From: Trypanosoma brucei
Taxonomy: Eukaryota
Assembly: GCA_000002445.1 (NCBI GenBank)
Contig: CM000208.1
Location: 2,336,001-2,400,000, forward strand
DNA: 64,000 bases
Direction: 5' to 3'
Position numbers and translations under genes: made by a program. The notes under the pieces are model-generated. The model had not been told where the DNA came from and did no database searches. It saw only the letters and a program-made list of their open reading frames with translations. Below are positions 10,504-19,600 of the stretch, piece by piece (the first letter of the stretch is position 1; every line of letters begins with the position of its first letter).

Positions 10504-13437
10504 ATGGAGCAGGCACAGCGGCCGCCGGACAATGTGATGGGTGTTATGCGTTGTGCTGTTGAGCGGGGTCGCAAGTCATTCGTTGCGTATAAGAAACGTT
10601 TTTGGGTTGTTGATGAGACACAAGGCCGTTTAGAGGTGTACAAAAATGATCAAGAGCCGGTACCGCTAGATAGGTTCTGCGCATCAGAGGTGCGTGGAGT
10701 CATTATATCTGGTGACAGACAGAACAAGTTTTATGGCCTTGTACTGCAACTTCGGCGTGGCCAAAACATCAAACTCCGACTTAGCTCTCTGGCGGAACGG
10801 GATAGGTGGTATGCCGCAATCACTCGTCTCATCGAACGATGCTCCACGTACAATCGTGACTATAATCTGTTGCGCGTCGCGCAACGGAGAACGCTGGTGG
10901 CAGGGCGTTTATTAGGGGTGAACATTACTTTGGCCGTTGCACGATTAAGTGATATCCCTGATGATCTTCTTCAGTACCTGGTGGAAGCCGTTGATGTTGC
11001 CATCGACACAATCTCCGCGGCGGTCCATGCATACGGTGGTGATGTGGAGGTGCCACGGCGGTACACGATCACAGTAGAAGCGGGCCAGGATCGTATTGAT
11101 ACGGGCCCACAGTATGACCCAACTACAGGTAGTCTCCTGCTAAACGTGTGGATTTCACGAGATGTAACAGGTAACGTTCGCTTCAATGTTGCGGATTCGG
11201 CGGAAGTGATGAAAATGACGCAGTCACACGTGTGGCGTGAACCGCGGATCGAGGGGTGGATCACAACAAATCCAAGTTGCGTTGCTGTTTGCCGTGAAAT
11301 TGGTGAAATGCTCGGAAGCAGGAACTTTTCATTTTCATTCCAGTGGGGCCAAAACTTACGGGATACGGAGAGGGTTGAACAATATTTGCATCAGTACGTT
11401 CATGAGGATTTTTTGCGTGCAATTCATCGGAATATCGTCGAGGTAGTGGAGGATTTCAGACGCTCTGATACAGACGCTGACGATTCGTGCTATCTCAAGT
11501 ACATTGGGGACTTTGTTTCTGGAATAGCTATTGTTCTGGATGAATCAACTGTAAATGCGGGGAAGCCACCTCTACTGCGTGTAACAACTACGGTTGAGTA
11601 CCAGCGGCGTTGCAGGCACGCAGTGGTGCTGAAGTCGAAATACTTTGAAGTGTACCGGACGCAGCGTGTGCTGACCAAGTCATTGAGGTTGCAACTTGTA
11701 GAAGTTATTCTCCTAGCAGACCTGAGCAAGCGGCTGAGTGACAGTAAAACTGCCCTAACTCAAGCCATTGGAGGCAACGAATGTGTGCGTATTATATGGG
11801 TTAACTTATTTCGCTCGTTTGCAAGCGTTGGCGCTCAGCTACCTCAATTTAAGTTATCTGATGTGGTCACTTCCATCACTAACACTTATTTGACCCGTCT
11901 AGAAAGCCTACAGCAGTTGGGGTCACTTGAGCTACCGTACGCTGGAGTGAAACCGCTTTACGCATCACTTTTTTCCAATGTCACCACTCTTGTCGTTGAT
12001 TTTGTGCCATTTAAGGAGGACGACGTTTCCCAACTGCCGGAGCCAAAGGTTCACGACGGTATATTGACGGATTACATTGTCTGCTGCACAGCCGCTCAAC
12101 AACGTGCTATGATGAATTTCATTTGTTCGCGAAGAGGTGTACCTCAGATTGATCGAGCCTATGTGCTGTTGAATGGTCTTTTTGCTTTTCCTTCGATGCC
12201 CGCAACTACCTTCAAGGAGTGGTGCGAGAAACAAGCATTTAATGGCGTGGAGGGATACAGTGGGGCGAATGACGATGATTCTAGCTCCCGCTCTTCTGGA
12301 GGAAGTGATGACTTGGGCGATGCTGTGGCGTTTGAGCGCAACGCGGAGGCACAAGTGCTCGATCTGCACCGTGTTGTGAGTACAATCTACGACTCGCAAG
12401 GTGCTGCCGTACACCTTAAGATCGGTGCGGATTCTATCCGTGATGCTATCGAAGCCCTCGAACAGGCATTTGACGGACGTCAGATTCGTAAGCACGATTT
12501 GGTGCGTGTACTTACAGCCAATCTACGTCGACTACGGGCTATTTATAGTCATGCTGTTGGAGGTGAAGTGATGACTCGTCTCGACTTAGATGCGGCAGGA
12601 CGGCTTCTTCGTTCTCTCTGTGAATACAAGGAAAGTGAACAAGGCCTTGATGAGTTGCTTCAGCGATGTGCCCAACAACGACAGCAGGCCGTGAGGCTGG
12701 GAAGCAGTGACTCGGTGCCCCAAGAAAGAAGATCGCTGTCCTGCAGCGCATCGGAAAGTATCTACGATTTTCAATGTGTATCGCAAGTGGCGCTAAACTA
12801 TGTTCTACCACGGGAGGTGAAGCTAGCCCGTAAAGCGTGGCGCGTCGGTCTTGTTGCGGGTCTTCAGGATGTTGGAAAAACGCTGATCCTCAACTCTCTT
12901 CACGGTGTCATACAACCGACATTTCCAACAATTGGACTTTCCCAGAGAGTAATCGCTTTTGAGGAGTGGGTGTTTGCGATGCACGAACTCGGTGGTCGAG
13001 AGAGTTTTCGTGAGAACTGGCGCTACTACGTTGAACGCATGGAGGAGGTCGATTTCTTGTTCTTTGTCGTAGACAGTATGAACAAACGCGCCTTCAAATA
13101 TGCCTCCAATTATCTGCGTGAGATTACCAATTATTTCGTGAATACTCCCCTTGTTGTGTTGTTCAACAATGTCCGTGTAGGCGTTAGAGGCGTTTCCTTG
13201 TTGGATCACTTGTCAGGTGCTGTTAAACTGGACAAAATAAAAAAACGGCAGCCAGAGAGATTCATCATCGTTGGGACATGTGATATTACTGTGGTGAGCT
13301 CGTCGCACCGCACAATTCCTCCGACACTTCTTGAAACTATGCAGCGTCTTGGGGAATATCTACGCCAAGTGTCACCACCGGAGCGAACGCCCAGCGAACC
13401 AAAGAAGGGATCTGGAGTTGAATACACAACGACATAG
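10504..13437 (+). CDS. PH-domain protein with C-terminal divergent Arf/Arl-like (pseudo)GTPase domain
   Basis: The ORF-track start at 10480 is TTG; the first ATG is 10504. The N-terminus (VMRCAVERGRKSFVAYKKRFWVVDETQGRLEVYKND...DRWYAAITRLI) looks like a PH domain. The C-terminus aligns to Arf1: GLQDVGKT (P-loop) ... PTIG ... HELGGR (the Arf WDVGGQ, Gln replaced by Arg) ... FVVDS ... VVLFNNVRV (the Arf NKQD replaced by NNVR). Confidence 0.6.
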   Translation: MEQAQRPPDNVMGVMRCAVERGRKSFVAYKKRFWVVDETQGRLEVYKNDQEPVPLDRFCASEVRGVIISGDRQNKFYGLVLQLRRGQNIKLRLSSLAERDRWYAAITRLIERCSTYNRDYNLLRVAQRRTLVAGRLLGVNITLAVARLSDIPDDLLQYLVEAVDVAIDTISAAVHAYGGDVEVPRRYTITVEAGQDRIDTGPQYDPTTGSLLLNVWISRDVTGNVRFNVADSAEVMKMTQSHVWREPRIEGWITTNPSCVAVCREIGEMLGSRNFSFSFQWGQNLRDTERVEQYLHQYVHEDFLRAIHRNIVEVVEDFRRSDTDADDSCYLKYIGDFVSGIAIVLDESTVNAGKPPLLRVTTTVEYQRRCRHAVVLKSKYFEVYRTQRVLTKSLRLQLVEVILLADLSKRLSDSKTALTQAIGGNECVRIIWVNLFRSFASVGAQLPQFKLSDVVTSITNTYLTRLESLQQLGSLELPYAGVKPLYASLFSNVTTLVVDFVPFKEDDVSQLPEPKVHDGILTDYIVCCTAAQQRAMMNFICSRRGVPQIDRAYVLLNGLFAFPSMPATTFKEWCEKQAFNGVEGYSGANDDDSSSRSSGGSDDLGDAVAFERNAEAQVLDLHRVVSTIYDSQGAAVHLKIGADSIRDAIEALEQAFDGRQIRKHDLVRVLTANLRRLRAIYSHAVGGEVMTRLDLDAAGRLLRSLCEYKESEQGLDELLQRCAQQRQQAVRLGSSDSVPQERRSLSCSASESIYDFQCVSQVALNYVLPREVKLARKAWRVGLVAGLQDVGKTLILNSLHGVIQPTFPTIGLSQRVIAFEEWVFAMHELGGRESFRENWRYYVERMEEVDFLFFVVDSMNKRAFKYASNYLREITNYFVNTPLVVLFNNVRVGVRGVSLLDHLSGAVKLDKIKKRQPERFIIVGTCDITVVSSSHRTIPPTLLETMQRLGEYLRQVSPPERTPSEPKKGSGVEYTTT

Positions 13438-14640
13438 CTCTTGATCTCGTTATGTTGCTGTGACTTGCACTATGTGGTCTCACGGCGTACTTGTTTGAAA
13501 CTCTCTTCGGAGATTCCCTCCCTTCTTTCCTCCCCCCCCCCACCGAGCGGCGCAGTCTTCAAACTTGGCACACGGGAATGGCCAGTAACTTATGCCTGTT
13601 TCATCATATCGTGCGCTTAATAACATTTCTGAAGGATTTACATGCGCCTTTTCCTTCGCTTTTGAGCACCTAGCGGCCGGTAGTTGCGGCAACCTTCGGT
13701 AGATCAATGTTCATTCGACTCACCTTCTTGAGTTAAATGTTGAATTTTAACGTATTCGTGGTTTTCAGTGATCTGCTAGTTGTGAACTCGTTCCTTCCTC
13801 CCCCCTCCTGCACTTCTTTTCGTTGAGTGGTAAGTCGTTGGTCGGCAGGTAGGTGTCATGTACTTCCATCCTCTCCATGTGGTTCCGTTGCTTGCTCCTG
13901 ATGTCTGTATCGGTCAGACCTTATTTGGCTCTTATTAGGTGGGAAGCTGATCACAAAGGAAGAGGTTGATGATATTTTTCACTTACACTTTTTGTTGATC
14001 ACTACACACCGAGGACTGTGTGGCAGTACAAAAGCAGTTGATGTGGGAAAGAAGAAGAGATGCCCCCCCCCCCCGTGGAGCGGAGCGGAGGTTTGCAGGG
14101 GGATGAGGGCTGATGATGGGACTCTTTGGCCCGCACGGTGCGCATGTTGGTGCCTTTTGTAAGGAATTGTGGTGTTGTTTAGGATGTTGCGTTCCCTCAC
14201 CGCCCACGTGAGGTGTTTACTTGCGACTGACAAAAGAAGGCTCCGGTGTGACGCAAGGGGAGGTCAGGTGTGTTCGTTTGAGTTCGAAAACGATGTTACC
14301 CATCAAACCGAATTCGTTTGCAGTGCCACAGCTGCTTAGCTCAATTATTACGTCATTGTTTTTCGTTATCATCGTCACCGGTTTATGTTAGCTTTCGTGG
14401 AGGGACTCTTCTTCGTAAGAGAGGAAAGCGAGTGGCGGATGTGGTGCGGTTGATATCACAACATGTTTCTTCCTGCTTTTTGTTTTTTTTTTGATCGTGA
14501 TCTGTCCAGGGATCAAACTCGCTTCGCGTCCTTTTCACTTGAAGTCACAATTGCTGCCGATTTTTTTCTGATTTGCTCCGTTTACAGCATACTTTGGAAC
14601 GAGGGAAAGCAAAGTAGGGGAGAAAGGAGGTGTATGCGTA

Positions 14641-14704
14641 TTCTTCTGTTTCACTCTCTTTCTACATCCAGAAGGAGGATATTTTTTCCTCCTTTCACAC
14701 TCTA
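14641..14704 (+). promoter_or_regulatory. polypyrimidine tracts plus AG, candidate trans-splice acceptor region for the CDS at 14718
   Basis: ttcttctgtttcactctctttctacatccag and ttttttcctcctttcacactctag. Confidence 0.45.
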
Positions 14705-14717
14705 GCCTAGTTGTGAA

Positions 14718-16121
14718 ATGAGTGTTTGCCTTGGCACGGATCCGTCTCCGCAACTGTTTGCAAGTTGGGCTAAGAAACAGGGCATCTTTCTCCACCCCGA
14801 TGTAGCCTTTCTTGTTCCTACCAAAACAATGGGAGCAGGTGTGTTCGCTCGGAGGCAGCTTCCAAAGGAAACTGTTATAGTCAGCTGCCCATTCAGCAGT
14901 TCCATTTCGCCGTATGCGGGGCCTTCCACCGTTGAAGCTCCCTGTGTGAAAGCACTTAATGATACCCAAGTAAAAGATAATGTATTGTACGTGACACTGC
15001 GCTTTATGGCAGAAGTTCTGCGGCCTTCATCGCCTTGGGTACCGTGGCTTAAAACGTGCCCGCGCATGTTAGACCACCTTTTTGGCAATGTGATTGATGA
15101 TAAAGCGTTTTGCTCTGCTACATGTACCTCATTAGGTACTGTTTCGACACGGTGGACATGTCTTTCGCAACAACTGCTCGAGATGAATGTTTCCCAGCGG
15201 TGGGGTCTTGCAGAAGAGATTATGAAACGCTATCCCGAACACTGGCCGGAGGATCGCGCTACGTTTCCTCTTTTTTGTGAGTGTCTGGCCCTGGTGCTCT
15301 CACGTAATTTCCACCGGGAGAACGTTGAGGGCCGTGAAGGTCCTTACTTACTCCCTGGTCTTGACATGGTCAACCACTCCTTTGAGGCGAACGCAATCCT
15401 GGAAATCCGTGGGGGCGGACGCAAGCATAGTTTAACCTTTTGTCTGGTCGCCTCCAAAGAGTTACGTCGTGGAGAGCAGGTGCTTCTTTCCTATGGAAAG
15501 ATTGGCGCCGCACGGTTTGCCGTGGAGTTCCAGTTCGTCACGGATTCTGTTGTAGGGGAGGATATGCTTCGATTTTCCGTTGATGTAATAGTGGACATAG
15601 TTGCAGCTATTATGGCATCGGGTGAAAGCACAAACGACACAGAATCGAACGTAAGGATGTTGCGGCAGCGCGTGGAGCGACTACAGCGCCTTGGGTTTCT
15701 CTTCGATGAGGGTCTTTACATCTCACGATTACCACGCACCTCAATCAACCGTGACTTAGATGCTGTCGGTAGTTCGTGTTCTGCCTCCACTTGGGGTGCC
15801 GAGATCGCACCTGCAACCGTTAAAGATGTTCAGCGGTTCTTTAATGTTTTCCATCTTATGACGGTAAGCACTGGTGAGTTTGACCATCTAATTCACACCA
15901 TAAACCGGGATTGGCAGGTGAAGCGCACAGATGCCTTGATGACCCTAGCGTCCAGGGTGATAGCTATGCGAGCAGAAGCAGCTCATCTGCAGCTGAATTT
16001 GGTTCAAGAGCAGTTTTCAGGGGAGGAACACTCCTCTCGTCGTAGGCTCATGGAAACTGTTCTGAACTCTGAGCTGCAGATGCTGGATACACTTCAGGAG
16101 TACGTGAAAGGAATGTGTTAA
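14718..16121 (+). CDS. SET-domain protein lysine methyltransferase (SETD6/Rubisco-LSMT-like class)
   Basis: N-terminal SET-N segment (GAGVFARRQLPKETVIVSCPF). Core NHSFEAN (an NHSxxxN-type motif) followed by GEQVLLSYG (the E-E-L-x-x-x-Y-G-like post-SET motif). C-terminal helical region like LSMT substrate-binding domains. Confidence 0.6.
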   Translation: MSVCLGTDPSPQLFASWAKKQGIFLHPDVAFLVPTKTMGAGVFARRQLPKETVIVSCPFSSSISPYAGPSTVEAPCVKALNDTQVKDNVLYVTLRFMAEVLRPSSPWVPWLKTCPRMLDHLFGNVIDDKAFCSATCTSLGTVSTRWTCLSQQLLEMNVSQRWGLAEEIMKRYPEHWPEDRATFPLFCECLALVLSRNFHRENVEGREGPYLLPGLDMVNHSFEANAILEIRGGGRKHSLTFCLVASKELRRGEQVLLSYGKIGAARFAVEFQFVTDSVVGEDMLRFSVDVIVDIVAAIMASGESTNDTESNVRMLRQRVERLQRLGFLFDEGLYISRLPRTSINRDLDAVGSSCSASTWGAEIAPATVKDVQRFFNVFHLMTVSTGEFDHLIHTINRDWQVKRTDALMTLASRVIAMRAEAAHLQLNLVQEQFSGEEHSSRRRLMETVLNSELQMLDTLQEYVKGMC

Positions 16122-16665
16122 GATTTTTTTCTTGTAGTCGCACAAGGGTTTCGGACGTACCGCTTGTAAATATATAGGGGGGGGGTGTCCAGTTCTTTTT
16201 TTTTTGAGGGTTCGGCGATTAAAGCTCTCAACGATCCCCTTCCTCCCATTTCGTCATTCGCTTTAATTATTTGGGGGCCGCTGGCTACTCTATAATTCCT
16301 GTTCCTGGTTGTTCTACTGTGGTACCATGACACTTCTTGTAGTGTTTACAGATGAGTCTCATCTATACGCACTGCCGCCATATTTTTCGATCTCTCCCAC
16401 TTTCCCTGTTTTCGCCCACCCTCAAGTCTCTCCTCTCCAAAGACGCATCTATATTTACTCTTCTGTATACGTGTGCACACAATTTTTTACACAACTGAGG
16501 TTAAGGTATTGTTGGATCATTGTGGTGAACAATCCTGACGCGTATCGTTGCGCGACGTGGGAAGAGGTCGTATATATATATATATATACTTGGTGAGTGG
16601 CTGTGTGTCTGTTCGTATACGTTTGCGTGGCGCAGCGTGGTACAAACATATATATATATGCGCTG

Positions 16666-19600
16666 ATGAATAAGCTGCTTATCACGCTACATGGCTGTCA
16701 TATAATGCATTCCCCGGGTCTCTCGACCGTTTCCCCTCGCGTATTAATAGTGGTGGATGGTGTGTACGAGTTCGTGGCTCACGGGAAAGCTAGCACCTTC
16801 ACATCCTACTTCAACGAGCTTTTCACAGTTGGTTACATTGACCGCTTAACAGTAGTTGAAGTACTTGTATACAATTCGTCAACCACGGGATGTGGAGACT
16901 ACAACGAACAACAGTTGCTTGGGACATGTCGATTATCCACCGTGTGGTTGTTCCAGGGGAAGACACCTAAGCGGCGACGCCATGTTTTGGCGAACGATGC
17001 CGGCATAGCCGGGACAGTTGAGCTCACTTTGATGCTTGACACCTCTAGGGAAGGTAAAGGCAGCTTTGAAGAAGAGACGAACGAGTGGTGTGCCTCGCGT
17101 TTGGTTCGTTTTCTGATGCACAATGATAAGGGCCGTTTGAGGGATGTAGACCTTTTGCTTTCCACAATGGAGACTGATGGAGCACCACTGAGGCCTCTAG
17201 CATCACCCCCAAAATGCGCAGCTGCTTCCTCTGAGAGTTCGCGAAGCTCTTGCGCGGCTTTTGAAGAATTAATGAGGAACCTGTGCGAGGAGTATCACTG
17301 TGAAGAACCTCCGCAGTGTCGGGTCCGGGTTGCTTTGGAAGGTTGTACCTCTCTTGAAGAAAGTGACAAGCACCACTCATCAAATGTAATTGTGGTGTTT
17401 CGGAGTACAGCCGAGGAGTTCGTGTCGCCGTCAAGGCCGTACACGTCTAACCCTGTCTGGGGATCAACGTTGGGTACGGCCACTTTCGACGTCTGTAACC
17501 CGGAGGACTTTGTGCTTGATGTTATTGTGTACCGCATCACTTCGTCATCGGGTTATGTTGAAGTTGGCCGGGCGCGAATACGTGTTTACATGCTCACAAC
17601 GGAATACTCTTCCAAAAGACAATATTTTATTTTCCGCCATGATAGTTACATAACGCCATGTGTTACAGGCGCCGTCCATATCACAATAAAACCGTTGGGG
17701 TTCGGACTGTCACCGAAAGATGCGGGTGGAACCGCCGACTTGTTCCATGCTCGGTTGAATCGTTTTTTTTACCGCTACGATCGTCGGCGACTGCAAGAGG
17801 TGGATATTATTCTCTACTCTCGCAGGAATAAACTGGATGAATTGATGGACGAATTGGAAGTTTACTACGGTCGTGAACCTGGCACGGCAGTACTGTGTTT
17901 GACTGTGGAGGAGGTGCAATCGTTATTGCATGTTGCATCTACGGACCTCGATGGTGAGGATGTAGTAGTTGTGGTCACAATGGGTAGCCAATCGAACCGT
18001 ACAGACGCTAAGCGAGTGACTGCGAACTCTCGAATAGTTTTTGGCAATGCTTTTCAGATTGACGTTGTTCGAGAAACTGATATGATACGGTTTGAAGTAG
18101 TGAAAGCAGGATGTGAGGACGTTGTGTACGGAAGCGTGGATTTTACTTGCCTCAGAATTCAGAAAGGTGTTGAGAATACCCGGACGCTGTATTTGGTAGG
18201 AGCTGCGGGCACAGAGAAGGCATTTCTAAGTGGAACAATAACAGTTACTTTTTTCAGTGAAAATTTGGGCCAGTCGTACACTGCTGATACAGAATCAGAG
18301 TGCATGTATGCAGGGCGTCTGCGTCGCTATGCGTGTCAGCACGCACCAGAAAAACTGCATCTTGTGGACGTGGCGGTTGCTACTGTTTTCGATACTGAGG
18401 GATTCATGAAGGAAATGAGTCGAGATTATGGCGAAGAGAATCCAACTTATGTGCTGTACATGACAGTATTGGGGTGTCGAAAGCTGAGGAAGCGTTTTGG
18501 GTTTACAATGAGTGCGTACGTTGTCGCTCGTATGGGCGTGGACCGCTACGAGACACGTGTAGTGAGAAATAGTACGAAGCCGGACTACTTTGAATTCTTT
18601 GAGTTTTTTATAGATCAGTTCGCGCACACGGAACTCACCCTAGTAGTTATGGATCAGTACGACATGGGTACCGACAAAGAGGTTGGCCGGACTGTCATTC
18701 CCTTGGAAAATGCAATCCCCGAGCATCAGTACAACCTCTGGTTGCCTCTCATGAAGGATGGGTGCTCCAACTGTGGGTTTGTGGGTGTGAAGTTTGTGGT
18801 AAAGGATCTTCAACTTCGCGACTCGTTGTGTGACCACGTCAAAGCAGGAACCTTCTCAGAGCGTTGCGGCCCTAGACAAGAGGAGCTTACATCGCCAAAT
18901 GAGTCACGACGGGCAACAGGTGTTACCAATTTTTCCAACGCGTTATACCACTTGTTTGGTGGGTGGGGCAAGAGAATATTCCGTGCGCCTCGGTGGCAGC
19001 CGTGGCGGGACGAGTCCAGCAAGGGGTTCTCCAAGCTCAAGGTATCTGAAGGGGTTTCGGGCTGTGAGCATGGATCAGATCACCCAGTGCTTGCGAACAT
19101 CATTGACGACGGCATCTACTCTGCAAGTGAGTTCTTGCGACCCAGAACAGCGAGAACGGCACCCAAGTTATTATCAAATCTTCTTGTTAAACAGCGTGCT
19201 CGTCACACCCTCGTCCCGCAAACACCTAACTCTACCACAGGAAGGCGGTTTTTACATGTACACCTCCACTACTGTGACGACTTGGAAGAGAGGCGTTTAG
19301 TTCCTCCAAGCCCATGTGTGATGCTCGCAACGCTCAGGACAACATACATTTCGAGAACAGCGTTCGAAACTTGTTCACCCCGATATGACGATGTGTTTCA
19401 TTTTCCCATCACTTGCCCAGATGAGGACTTTCTTACCATAACAGTCATGACAGACACGCCGTACGGTAGAAAAACTCTTGGGTTCTGTATGCTCTCCATA
19501 AAAAATGTTTGCTATGGCATGCCTCAAACGCGTTACGTAGCGCTGGTGGTCGCCCCTCATGGATCTGTGGCGCAACAACGTGGTGTGGTGTGTCTCTCCC

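Noticed and set aside
11965-12495. 176-aa minus-strand ORF
   Set aside because: It lies entirely inside and antisense to the well-supported + strand gene 10504..13437, has no motif, and runs against the unit direction.
14063-14074. Homopolymer runs: C12 (14063-14074), C10 (13532-13541), C11 (44930-44940), G9 (16177-16185)
   Set aside because: Single isolated runs in intergenic spacers, not G4-forming arrays. They are most likely ordinary homopolymers or possible sequencing or assembly soft spots, with no evident function.
16597-16665. ORF-track N-terminal extension MAVCLFVYVCVAQRGTNIYIYAL of the giant gene
   Set aside because: It starts at GTG and is translated through a (TA)n / TG-rich UTR-like tract. 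The first ATG is 16666, so the extension is most likely 5'UTR.
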